In this document: positions 22,680 through 33,905 of the stretch, piece by piece
How positions within the stretch are numbered: position 1 is the first letter of the stretch
How the letters are laid out: the number at the start of each line of letters is the position of its first letter
The notes under the pieces: model-generated
What the model was told of the DNA's origin: nothing
The model's input: only the letters and a program-made list of their open reading frames with translations
Databases searched by the model: none
Program-made: the position numbers and the translations under genes
Source: Eukaryota sp. TZLM1-RC
Lineage: Eukaryota; Protista; Metamonada: BaSk clade
Assembly (NCBI GenBank): GCA_040285825.1
Contig: JAUPSS010000008.1
Coordinates: 124,001 to 188,000 of the forward strand
Direction: 5' to 3'
DNA: 64,000 bases

Positions 22680-25600
22680 CGTTCATATTCTACACCAATA
22701 GCTAAAAGTACTTTTGAAATCATTGTTGGAATAGACTTGAAAATGCAAAAAACAATTCTATTTAACCAGAAAGTGGAATTCATTGTTTTACCAGACCTAT
22801 TCAGTAACACTGAATAGTGCAATCCTGAAGGTCCAATATTGCCAAAAAGAGAAATTGCAAACGGTACAAACTGATATTTCACATGTTCCACTCTACCTAA
22901 CTGTGCCAAAGGTTCTTCATATTTTTTTATCTTCTTTTTTTTCGGCGTTAGATAACAGCGAATCAGCGGAATACACTAAACGAGCAGCAGAATTTTTGCA
23001 AACATCAACTGAGGCAACATATACAACATTGAGAACACCATCGATCCATGGAGCTACTAAATTTGCCTTTCTTTTACCAAAGGAATCATCAGTTTGATCT
23101 GAAGACAGCTTACGTACTAATGGCTCAATAAATGCCTCTAAATTGAAACTTTTGCACATGGCATATAATTGATCACGAACTGAGTCATGAACAAATTTCA
23201 AGATTTTTTCTGCAATTTTGCAAAAGTCAGTGGTAAGGAGAGCAAGCTTCTTGAAGGAAGATCCACAATATCAGAGAGGAAACATTTAGACCAAATATTG
23301 GGTGAAAGAGTTTCAATTTCCTGTTGCAAAGAAATAAGATAAGAGCTGCCACAATCTTCAATGAGATCAATTTTTTCAGGAAAACGATTCACAAATTCAT
23401 AAATAAAATTCTTTCCACCTCCAATAAAGGCAGCTTTACAAAGGTAGCTTGATTTATGAAAATCAACACCACCAAAATTTGTACCACAAAAAATGTGGCT
23501 TCGTAACTGAGATGCATCAATTTCCAATAATTTTGCTAAAAAATTGGTTCTTTGTTCATTAAAAATGCGACAAAACTCCAAAGAAATTGATGGTGATGTT
23601 GATCTCAAAATATGAGTAAATTTTCCAGAATAACAGATTTTTAGGAAAAAGAATTTCAAATGTTTCTCAATATTTAAATTTTCTATTGATTCTAATTCAT
23701 TTCCAAATTGAGTCAACAGAGTCGAAAGTTGGCCTTTGACTTCATCAATATTTCCGAGATAACAACCCAAAAAACGAAAACCAGACTGATCATAATTGAT
23801 AAAAGGGACATTGACATCATTAATGAAAAAATCAATTGGTTCATGGCCAATAATCAAACATTTGGAGATATTCAATGAGAGACCAATATCTATATAACGC
23901 TGTTGAATAAAAGTTGCTATTTGTTTGAGAATCTATCATTTTTATGGGAAAGAATCAGATTTAATTTATAATTCATTTGGTCTTAAATCATCTTCTGGTG
24001 TGAAGCAAGGTGATCCTTTAGGCCCATTATTGTTTTGTTTAGCTATTCACAAAATTTTAAATATCATTAAGCAAAAATAACCTTCTATAAAAATAGTTGC
24101 TTATATGGATGATATATCCTTGATTGAATCATTTGATTTACTAGAATTGGTTGCTCAAGAAATTGCCGATTCATATGAAAATATTGGGCTTTATCTTAAT
24201 GCAAGCAAATGTCTTCTGATTGGCTCTTCTGCTCAAGATCTTGCGATAAACGATTCCATTGTCCCTTTTACTAATTATAGTAGTGATGCTTTTAAGTTCC
24301 TTGGTTGTTGGTTAGGAAACGTGCCTCAAATTCAGAATGAATTGCAAGTTATTTTGGAAAAAATGAAAATTGAACTTGATTCAATTTCTTCTTTAGATAT
24401 AGAAAAGCATATTAAATTTTTCTTGCTTAAAATTTGCTACACTGGGAGAATAACCCACATTTTGAGATTTTGTGCTCCTTCCATAGCATTAGATTTTCGT
24501 CGTTCATTTAATTCATTGAGAACAGAATTGTTTGCTGATTTATTGGATGTAGAACCAGGAATGTTGAAAAATCACTTATTTTCTTCAGCAAATTTGGGTT
24601 GTATAGGATTTACTAAATCTTCTTTTTTTGTCAATCAGCTTTTTTGGGTGGAGACAAGAATTTTATTTATGATTTTTTTCGTAGATTTCCTGATGATTCT
24701 CATTTGTTAGTTCCCAGTTGCAGTCCATATTTGTATGAGTTATTTTGTGAACTTGATAGATTGCCACCACAAATTTGGACCAAATCTTTTCCCCAATCAA
24801 TTCAAGAAATTCCAAACCGATCTCTTTTTAATTTACAGTTTTGGTGTAAAAAGTTTCAACAAAAATTGTCAAAGATTTTTGAAAGCTTGGATTTTGATGT
24901 TAGACTTTTCTTGGCCAAGAAAAAGAATCCCGCTTTTGCAAATCTTTTACAAGATATGTGTGACAGTACTTCTTCTGCCTAAGTAACAACAATTCCACAA
25001 GTTTATGGTACTCTCTTATCCGATTCTGCTTGGACTCTAAATATGAGATTTCGTTCCTTTATCTGGCCTGATACTTTACCTCATAATTTAATTTGTAAAT
25101 GTTCTCGAGAAATTACAACTACTCATTTGTTAAATTGTAAACATTTTATTACTTTTAGAAGCAAAGTTCACGATGCTGTAAGAGACCAGTTATATTGTAT
25201 GTGTAAATCTCATAGAATTGAGTCCTTCTTGAAACCTCTGTTGTCAAGTCTGTTTGATGCTGAAGATGATTTTCATAAGAATAATAGAGGTGATGTTATA
25301 TTACCTGGATTAGATGGAAGTTTCATTTTATTGGATGTAATGTCTGTTGATCCTTGTAATACCTCAAATGAAAGGCTAGTTAATTCTGAAATTCATAATC
25401 CCCTTTCAAATGCTGAAAATTTTAAATTCAAAAAATACAATGAACCTTTGTCCAAATTGGCCAGTCTACAGCATGCAAAATACAATTTTTTATCCATTTG
25501 TATTTTCCCTTTTTGGTTCACTTGCACCAACTGCTTTACGTTTTTTGGATGATTTTGAAATGATTGTAAAGAGAAGAACTGGCAGAAATTTCAACAGATT

Positions 25601-26125
25601 GATTTGGCAAAATAGAATTGTGTTTTCTATTTTTAAGGGGATGTTGAAGATGGTTTCTGATGCTTTGCTTTCTCTTGGATCTCACTAAGAGCGAGTTGCA
25701 TCTAGTGTTTTTGTTCTGGGAGAGATGGATTTTTTAGATGTTGATTTATAGGTTTGAATAAAATTAAAATTTTGGTCAAAAAAAACAAAAAAAATTTGTT
25801 TGAGAATTGTAATAGGAGCAATTACAGAAATGTCATCCATATATGCTACAATAACTATTTCTGGGAATTTTTCTTTTAATTCGCACATTAATGGATGAAT
25901 TGCCAGACAAAAGAAAAAAGGACCAAGTGGATCGCCTTGTTTCAACACCTGAAAAAGAAAGCAGGTCAAAGTTTTCATAGAAAAATGCTGATGATTTTCC
26001 ATAAAATTAATAGAAAAAAGGCTCAACTTCAGGAAAATGCTTTCACAGCAAAGGCAAAATGGAAGAACGAGATACAGAATTAAAAGCATTCTTAAAATGT
26101 AAATTGAAGATGTAATTAGAATCAC
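22590..26125 (-). mobile_element. CRE family C element (RT to RLE, degenerate) interrupted by a family E insertion
   Basis: NAFNSV, KQGDPLGP and YMDD at 25810-26100 continue at 23918 into the thumb and RLE regions. Confidence 0.85.
23933..25793 (+). mobile_element. 5'-truncated CRE family E insertion with 14-bp TSD
   Basis: GVKQGDPLGP, YMDD, CKC..HLLNC, HDAVRD, RGDV..LDV; A-rich tail; TSD ATTTGTTTGAGAAT at 23919-23932 and 25794-25807. Confidence 0.92.
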
Positions 26126-26362
26126 TAGAATTAAAATAAATCGCCATAATTAATAGATTACCTCAGTTCTTTTATCGAACAAGAGAAGCAAGGGAAAAAA
26201 GACAAACATATCAGGATTTTGTAGAGGAAATTTGGTCAATTGAATTTAGTCCCATTAGTTCTGATATAATCTTATTAAGTGTTATAGTTCAATAAAAGCA
26301 AAACTTGTTTTGTTTGACCCACTGAAATCCTCATCATATCGACCAAGAATGCTTTATCTGCA

Positions 26363-26444
26363 GCAAGCGTGACCGAGTTGGTTATGGTGTTGGATTCAAG
26401 TCCCAATGGCGTCAGCCGCGCGAGTTCGAATCTCGTCGCTTGCA
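26363..26444 (+). tRNA. tRNA-Leu(CAA)
   Basis: Acceptor stem GCAAGCG/CGCTTGC, D loop AGTTGGTT, anticodon loop TTCAAGT, long variable arm, GTTCGAATC T loop, oligo-T terminator; one A:C mismatch in the anticodon stem. Confidence 0.9.
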
Positions 26445-26483
26445 TTTTTACTTCAATATTCGATTTTTCCCATGGTAAGCCGA

Positions 26484-26750
26484 GACCACTTGCTTTATCC
26501 TTCGTTGATAATTTTGTTGAAATTGTAAAACAACGTACAGGCAAAATTTTTGACAAAATGTTTTGGCACATCAGAATTGTATTTTCAATTTTAAAAGGTG
26601 TTGTCCCCTTAATATCTTGTGCTTTATTATTTCTTGGTCTTTTTTATGAAGGAAAAACTTCCAATTAATTCTTTGTGGCTGATTTGGAATACCAAGATTT
26701 AGAATTTGAAGTTTGTTGTTTAGTTTCTCAGTGGAATAAATTAAAAAAAC
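26484..26750 (+). mobile_element. CRE family D-like 3' fragment
   Basis: PLALSFVDNFVEIVKQRTG..FDK.FW..RIVFSI, homologous to 15677-15900. Confidence 0.75.
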
Positions 26751-27753
26751 AGGAAAAAGTATTCGAACAAAAGTCTTGTGTTGTGTTTCTTTCCTGATGT
26801 AACCGTGTTTCATAATATGTTTTAGGCGCCAAAACTTTTGGGCGATTTGGGCGACCAAGGAAAAATCGATCAATTTTCTCATCATGGCTCTGATTCTTGT
26901 TTCCAAAAGCAAAATTGGCTGATAAGAAAAAAATGGCCCAATCAATAGGCGCCCAACATTTTAGGAAACACAGAAGCATGTATGAAATTATGTTCGAAGA
27001 AATAGTCGTTTGAGTTGAAATCCTGCTGCTTGCTCTTTGGTAATTGATAGGACTCTGTAGGGTGTTTTATGAATTGATTCGCACGTTGAATATGTGAAAC
27101 AAGTGTTGTAGTTTTTTAGTTTTCGGTGTTGCTCTGGACGAAACCGAAACATTGAAACATAGATCATTGATATTATTGAGTAGCATTAAAGACGAAACCT
27201 TAAATGGATTGCTCCAATTGCGCTATGAACTCCGAACAGTTGTTCTAGACGATCGATAAGACAAGAGAGATAAGGTTCTTATATGAATTGTTATACTGTC
27301 GTTGTTGACTTTTTGAAGTAAATGTTCTTGTGATAAAAGTGCAATAAAGTACCTTATTTCTGACCAATTCACACAATATTTTGATTTTTTTAATTTTTTT
27401 AATTATTTTTTTAATTATTTTTTTTGAGTGAAAAGTATATTGGACAAATATTACGTAGTGAGCAATAAATATACTGTGGAATACACAAAGATCTGATTTA
27501 AACACAACTCAAATAAACATTCATTCTTTTTCTCTTTTTATCTCTATGGTCAATAGATTTCTGGTATTAAATGATACTGTTGTGACAACAGAAAGTCAGT
27601 TGAAGCTGTTCACTTTTTGCACACCACAGACAATCGAAGGGAATTATTCAATCAAGAAGAGCACAAATGTTTATAAATGTTTTGAAAACAAAGGCAGCTT
27701 GAAAAAGTACATAATTACAATATAATACAAAAATCTCAATAAATCGCCTGAAA

Positions 27754-30714
27754 CTACTTTATACTATCTCTAGAAAAGAAACCCTCCAATGCCTTTAGAG
27801 ACCCATTATAATCAACACCTTTGCCAGATTCCACCATGGATAAACGTTCGCCTAGCTTCCCCATGCGAGACCTGAGAGAATCATCAATTTCCCTGATAAC
27901 AGTTGCAAGTTCCGAATAAGAGCGTTCATTTACAGTCAAAGAATGCGCTAGTTGATCCACGTGGTTCTGTAGAATTTCGAGTTGGTGTGGGAATTGTTTT
28001 AAATTTTCATAATTTTGATCGTGTTTGAAAGTCATTTTTAATGCTTTTGAACTTTCTTTCTGAACCGCATCAAGAGTAGCTGATGTAGTTTCAATAGAAG
28101 TCAGGAGATTTTGATGAATTTGACCTATTTCTGATCCTAATTTTTGAACCTGTGCAGAAATTCTTTGAAAAGGCGCAAATTGATTAAGGCACTTTGCCAA
28201 TTTACCATTTTCAAATACCAAAGAATCACAAAAAGTATCAATTATGTAGGGAGTATCAAATTTATCCAATTGAGCAGGAATAGAGCCTTGTAGTTGTGAC
28301 AAATGGCCGGCTAATTCATCAATTTTGGAAAAACATTCTGAATATTGATCTTTTAGTCCACGAACTTCCCTAGATACTGATGCCAGTTTTGAACTAACAT
28401 CTTCCTTCATAAAATTGATCTTCTCAAACTGATCTAGGCGATGATGGATTCTTTCAAAGACAGACAATTTAGAAGTAAGTTCTACAACTGAATGCTTGAG
28501 ATGATCAACATTGGCCTCTGTATCATTCATTCGACTGTTCAATGCTTTTCTGATTGATTCAGAACATTGATTGCTTGAATTCTCAACAAATCTAATACTA
28601 CTGGATAAATTATCAACATTTGATTGAAGCTGATTGAATTTTGATTGAAGTTGATTGCTTTGGGACAGTGATTCACTTTGAAAAAGTTCAAAATTTGATG
28701 TCAACTCAGAAAGATCCTGACCAAATTTATTAATATTTAAAGACACTTCATCTGAAATTTTTGAAAGTTTGAGACATTGAGATTGTGATTTAACGTCCAA
28801 ATTTTGAGCATAATCGTCCAACAAATTACTCAATACTTTCGTTTTGTCATTAAATTCATCATAAAAATTAACCAAATCATCATTGATAGCATCAACACGT
28901 GAGGAGAGATCATAAAATGAGCTGAATTTGACCTCCAAATCTGACTCCCTCTCGCTCAATTCATCCACTTTACTAGTTAAATTTTTAATTAAGATTTTAA
29001 TTTTAGTTGAACATTCTTCTGTACTGGAAATTTGAGTATCTAAATTTGACTTGGCTTCTGTCAAAGAAACGACTTGTTCATTTAGTTTGGTGTATTTGGA
29101 GTTTAAAGTTAGGTCAAGAGAATTTAAAGAGCTTTTAATGCTGTCTAATTCGAAAGTCAATGCTTGGTAATTGTTCGAAATTGAAGAAAATTTTTCATTT
29201 AAATCTTCAGTAATTTCTTGACTTAATTGTTGTTTTAAATCTTCAGTAATTTCTTGACTTAATTGTTGTTTTAAATCTTCAGTAATTTCTTGACTTAATT
29301 GTTGTTTTAAATCTTCAGTAATTTCTTGACTTAATTGTTGTTTTAAATCTTCAGTAATTTCTTGACTTAATTGTTGTTTTAAATCTTCAGTAATTTCTTG
29401 ACTTAATTGTTGCTTTAAATCTTCAGTAATTTCAGGACTTAATTGTTGTTTTAAATCTTCAGTAATTTCTTGACTTAATTGTTGTTTTAAATCTTCAGTA
29501 ATTTCTTGACTTAATTGTTGCTTTAAATGTGCAGTATCTTCAATAACATTAAACGAATTTTGACCAAACTTTGACACCTTGCTCTGCAATATTCTTAAAT
29601 TTTTCCGCAAGTCGTCTGCAGTTTGAGGAAAATCATTCTCTAATTGACGAACCCTAGAAGAGATCATCATGAGATCTCTTTCTAAATTTTTAAATTTTGA
29701 AGCGTTTCTGACATGTGATTCATCATCAAGGTCATTAATGTCGAAAACAGAGGGAGAAGTCCATTGGCTTCCAGAATGATGAACTGAATTTTGAACTGGT
29801 GACGTCACAAATGATTGATTGGGTTTGATTGCTTCAAATCCCATCAATACTGAACAAGCAGAATCCCTAACCGACTTTATCTTGTCCGATTTCAAGACAT
29901 TGAGGGACAAGCAAACCTCTTCATAGTATCTACTTCCTTCTATCCCCAAACATTCTGGGATTCTACCCAAAGCCTCCACAGCAGCAAACCTACATTTCCA
30001 GGACCTATCATGGATAGCGGAGACCAAACAGGCGACTATGGGTGATAAATGGGGAATGATGCTAGATTCACAAACAACTATCAAGACTGCAAAACAATGG
30101 CAGAGGTTAGCCTTAGCAAAAAGAGAAGGTAACTTAAACTGCTTAACTAGCTTTACACAAAGTTTGTCAAGAACGGGTTCCAAAATCTCCCTTCCGGAAC
30201 CTTTAAATACTGCAGCCAGGCAATCAGCAACACCTTCCTGGACTGATCTGTTTCCATCTGAAAGTTCTTTGAACAGGGGTCTTAAGATGAGGGAGAGAGA
30301 CCAAGGATCTTCGCCAGAATTAGGATATATTAAGCATTGGGTGAGGGTGTGGATAGCTTTTGACACAGCGATAGATGTCTGATCGTCGGCATCAGAGAGT
30401 CGGTGCAATAAGATTGAGAGAGATTTTAGAGTAAGTTCAGGAGTGAAGGAAGAATGGTGATTGGAAAAGGTTTCTTCTAGGGCAGCTACTTGGACACGGT
30501 AGCACATTGCAGGGGCATTGGGAGGTACAGAAGCAAGGGCTGAGATGTATACTGGTAAAGAAGTAGGGGTGACCTTCGAACAAATAAAGGAGAACGAATC
30601 AGCAGCAGAGTCCTTTGTGTCGCGATCACTGAGTTTTTGACATGCAGAAAGAGTTCGTGTCTCAATCCATCGTAAATAATTGGACGAGTTGAGATCAAAA
30701 GTGGGAGAATCCAT
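27754..30714 (-). CDS. TORTIFOLIA1/SPIRAL2-like HEAT-repeat protein with a long coiled-coil C terminus
   Basis: 986-aa intact ORF; KLSDRDT, VQEGVADCLAA, FAKANL, WKCRFAAVEAL and DKIKSVRD recall the TOR1/SPR2 N-terminal HEAT domain. Confidence 0.72.
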   Translation of the reverse strand: MDSPTFDLNSSNYLRWIETRTLSACQKLSDRDTKDSAADSFSFICSKVTPTSLPVYISALASVPPNAPAMCYRVQVAALEETFSNHHSSFTPELTLKSLSILLHRLSDADDQTSIAVSKAIHTLTQCLIYPNSGEDPWSLSLILRPLFKELSDGNRSVQEGVADCLAAVFKGSGREILEPVLDKLCVKLVKQFKLPSLFAKANLCHCFAVLIVVCESSIIPHLSPIVACLVSAIHDRSWKCRFAAVEALGRIPECLGIEGSRYYEEVCLSLNVLKSDKIKSVRDSACSVLMGFEAIKPNQSFVTSPVQNSVHHSGSQWTSPSVFDINDLDDESHVRNASKFKNLERDLMMISSRVRQLENDFPQTADDLRKNLRILQSKVSKFGQNSFNVIEDTAHLKQQLSQEITEDLKQQLSQEITEDLKQQLSPEITEDLKQQLSQEITEDLKQQLSQEITEDLKQQLSQEITEDLKQQLSQEITEDLKQQLSQEITEDLKQQLSQEITEDLNEKFSSISNNYQALTFELDSIKSSLNSLDLTLNSKYTKLNEQVVSLTEAKSNLDTQISSTEECSTKIKILIKNLTSKVDELSERESDLEVKFSSFYDLSSRVDAINDDLVNFYDEFNDKTKVLSNLLDDYAQNLDVKSQSQCLKLSKISDEVSLNINKFGQDLSELTSNFELFQSESLSQSNQLQSKFNQLQSNVDNLSSSIRFVENSSNQCSESIRKALNSRMNDTEANVDHLKHSVVELTSKLSVFERIHHRLDQFEKINFMKEDVSSKLASVSREVRGLKDQYSECFSKIDELAGHLSQLQGSIPAQLDKFDTPYIIDTFCDSLVFENGKLAKCLNQFAPFQRISAQVQKLGSEIGQIHQNLLTSIETTSATLDAVQKESSKALKMTFKHDQNYENLKQFPHQLEILQNHVDQLAHSLTVNERSYSELATVIREIDDSLRSRMGKLGERLSMVESGKGVDYNGSLKALEGFFSRDSIK
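29199..29527 (-). repeat. Intragenic 36-bp minisatellite, 9 copies (LKQQLSQEITED)
   Basis: Near-perfect head-to-tail repeats, in frame. Confidence 0.95.
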
Positions 30715-32266
30715 AGGTGGAGCTGGTTCACCAAGATGTAGAAGACAGTAGTATGCAATTTCTATTCAGCAACTCCGAATAGGATACATTTGATTTATAA
30801 CAATTCAATTCATCATTTTAATTTTTTCATGAAATGATGTCCCCTCATCTAGTTTGTATGTTTATTTTAAAGTCACGCAAAAGAGATATAAAGTATGTCT
30901 AGCTGCATTTTTGGGATGTCATAGATTCATTAACTTCCAATAAAGAAGAAAAGAATTTGCTCCGAAGATTGTTGAAAGATTATAGAGATTTGGGTTATTC
31001 AATGCAGAAGCTCTAAACAATGTTTACCTAAACTCATGATGAAGTAAATAACTTTATCAATGAATTAAACAATTTTGAAGACGAGAAGGGTTTGAAATTG
31101 AAGGGTTGGATAAAAATAATAATGATTTTCCAAAGCTCATTCTGAAAAAATTTCAAAATATTCAATTTTAAAAGAATTAAATTTAATTAACCAGATTCTA
31201 ACTTTCGTTTTTAGTGTTCAATGGGGTTTTTACACTACAACGAAAGTAAGTTTTGAACAATTTAGAATGAATGAGGTAGCAGATTGGTTGCATCATTTCG
31301 AAGAAAAACTTTAACTGGCACAGTGCTTTTAATTATATTCTTCAAAAGAAGGGAGCAGAACGTCAGTGTTGGTAGGTAGTGCTATTTTAGTTTTCAAATA
31401 TATTTTTTTTAATTTTTAATAGAAGTGAATCGTATCAAAAACTGTACCCTTCCACTTACAGCAAAAGATTTTGTGAGTTTCTAATGTTCAATTATTTATT
31501 TTTTTGGGTCAGTCACACAACTGATCACAGCGATGACCACTCAACTGACCACAAAACCACTCTGACACCACAATTGTTAGATTAATTGTCCCAAAATGGA
31601 TTTTAAAGATTTGACCAATGATTGTGATTAACTGAGATTATGTAACGCAACAAATATCTAAAGAGTACCCTATCCATAGTCATGGGAAGAGATAATCTAT
31701 TAAAAGAAATTTGTACTTACATATATTTTGCAAAATGTCTCAACGACGCCCTGGAATTCATTGACCATTAACTGATTATGTGAAACTTACTGAAACAACT
31801 TCATCAACAAGTCCAAACACTATCCCTGTTTAGAAACAAATAGTGTTACTGAGAGTTGTGACTTCATTGATTAAATGTTGAAATTGTTTTGGGACATTAA
31901 TTTTGTTTTTTTGTTCTTCTCTACAATAATTACTATTACTTATATTGACTGGCAATTTAATTTTAATTTCTCTTTATTTCTGCTATTTTTACTGTAATTT
32001 AAGATAAATTCACAATGAATTTGACCAACTGAATTCGTAGTAATTAAGTGACTTAGTTAAAAAGGTAGTTGAGAACATTGTCGTGTATTGAGAAATTACT
32101 TGAAAGTTAAAAATAAAATAAAAGATAAAATAAAACGCAGTTATTAATCAAACAACATGGGTTAGATTTGACCGATTATTCCAAAGATTAAACATGTTGA
32201 TGAAAACAAAATACAAATTAAAGGAAAAAAAATACAAAAATACATACCAATTCCAGGCAAATGGCA

Positions 32267-32719
32267 CTAGTCTGTGATAGCTTTCAACTGCTCTTCCTGC
32301 TGTAGTAAAGATGCGGTATCTATATCATGAATGGAAAGAAGTTCTGGTTTAGACAGCAGAACCTTTAACATTTTTCTTGAATGTTCAATTGCAGCAGACT
32401 GACAAGACCTTATGGATCCTCCTGTGTGAATGACACGGATTGTACATCGCATATCCTGAACAGCTCTAAGAACTGTTAAGGCAGTCCAAACCATCTCAAA
32501 ATGTGCCCGTGGTGCTCTAGCAATGCAAAGATTGGTAACATTGTTAAAATATTTAATGTTGAGTCCAGCAGCACACAAACCTGCACCATAAGTACCAAAA
32601 GAAGAGAGAATAGAATGTTTGACAGATTGCTTGAAGACATTAGAGTCCACTGTGGGGTTGCAAAATCCATTGTCCCAAATGAGTTCACATAGCAAGTAGC
32701 GATGCTTAAAGCGGACCAT
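32267..32719 (-). CDS. POP5: RNase P/MRP subunit POP5
   Basis: MVRFKHRYLL start (ATG 32719), FG.YG, IKYFN..T.LCI.R, VW.ALT, G.IRSCQ. Confidence 0.92.
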   Translation of the reverse strand: MVRFKHRYLLCELIWDNGFCNPTVDSNVFKQSVKHSILSSFGTYGAGLCAAGLNIKYFNNVTNLCIARAPRAHFEMVWTALTVLRAVQDMRCTIRVIHTGGSIRSCQSAAIEHSRKMLKVLLSKPELLSIHDIDTASLLQQEEQLKAITD

Positions 32720-32848
32720 TCCCACAAGTAATGTCAATAACAATACAATAAGAGAGGTTGTGAGAGCAAATCCAAATGCATTTACCAAACCTACATTAGA
32801 AATCCATTCTTCATTACAACTCCAGACACTATTGAGCTGCCACATCGT
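32720..32848 (-). ncRNA. Possible omegaRNA of the upstream Fanzor1, occupying the POP5 5' region
   Basis: Located 3' of the Fanzor ORF; possible helices AGUGUC/GACAUU, GUUGU/ACAAC, GUAAAU/AUUUGC. No second copy in the window to confirm. Confidence 0.3.
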
Positions 32849-33905
32849 TTAAGATGGACTGATATCTTCTCCTACAGAGATCTTCTTGACTACTCTCTTT
32901 TTAGTTCCTCCCTGTCTTCCTTTAGCACCCAATGAGGATGTGCTTGTTTCAGGAACTTGCGATTGACAGTTTCTTCTGTTGTGGCCTTTTCCGCGACATT
33001 TACCAAATCTTTTCGGTTTTTTTGTCCTTCTCAGCAGTCTTCTTTTTCTGATCTCTCTGTGAAGTAGATGATCCATTTTTGAAATCTTTTGTTTGAGTTT
33101 TTGGTCTCTCGAAAATGGATGGTGTACCTTCACCGTTGATTGGAGATGTTATAATGGAATATATATTTAGGGCAGAGTTGAAGTCTCTATTTCAACACGT
33201 GCTGCACGTCTGACACTTCACTAAACCCCACGGTGTTGATTTTGCTTTTTCTTTCAGTGAATCCTTCTGTTCACCCCATTCTTGTTGAAAATCTCTTTCT
33301 CTAGTAGGATTGTTTTGATTAAATAAATCAATTTCTTGATTTAATTTTTTTTTGCTTTTCTTTTTAGTTGTCGTTTGCCCTTAGGACCTAACATTTTAAT
33401 ACTAGAATCGTTGACACTTTTTTCAAAATTTCCTTTGGCAGCACAACTGGAACAAGATTTACTCGTTCTATATTCATCAACTAGGAAAATTCGATAACCA
33501 AATCTTCTTAATAGTTTGCGAATTTCGGTTCCTCTTATGGTTGTCTTTTTTCCCTTCCCTGTATTTCCTTTCGAGCTCCAGTCACCATAACCAATAACTA
33601 CGTCTTCAGGGGTGCCAAAGGTCAGTTTGAATCTTTCCAAGATGTTTTTTTCACTTCTTTGGTTATTCGAATACGTTTGAAATTTTCTTTTTCTGAACCA
33701 TATTTCTTGGTAAAAAATATTCATATGAACATTGTATCGCTCAAATTCCTTGATGTAATGACCAAAATGTTGACTGAAACAAGATTCTTGTTGTCTGTTT
33801 GATACAGATAAAGAAAATTGATTTAAAATATCCTGACCTGAGTAATCACCATCAGGTAATTGTACTTTACAATTTTCTTTTTTCCGTTGAACGATATTTT
33901 TTTTC
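32849..33905 (-). pseudogene. Fanzor1 nuclease, C-terminal part (canonical subfamily), with a possible C-terminal CCHC knuckle
   Basis: FRKRKFQTY.N.QRSE, FG.PEDVVIGYGDWS, FLVDEYRTSKSCSSC, then after a frameshift WGLVKCQTCSTC*NRDFNSALNI...TPSIFERP, then K.FGKCRGKGHNRRNC. Confidence 0.88.

Noticed and set aside
26130-26750. tRNA-targeted retrotransposition
   Set aside because: Fragments flank the tRNA, but the same families occur throughout the window away from tRNAs.
29199-29527. 36-bp repeats as a CRISPR array
   Set aside because: Head-to-tail with no spacers, and in frame within a eukaryotic coiled-coil ORF.
32720-32845. Hydrophobic N-terminal extension of POP5 in the ORF track
   Set aside because: POP5 homologs begin at MVRFK; the upstream segment is more plausibly non-coding element sequence.
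33192-33194. TGA=Trp recoding (TGA at an expected Trp position in Fanzor1)
   Set aside because: Occurs only in frameshifted pseudogenes; host genes have no internal TGA and the HAUS4-like gene terminates with TGA.
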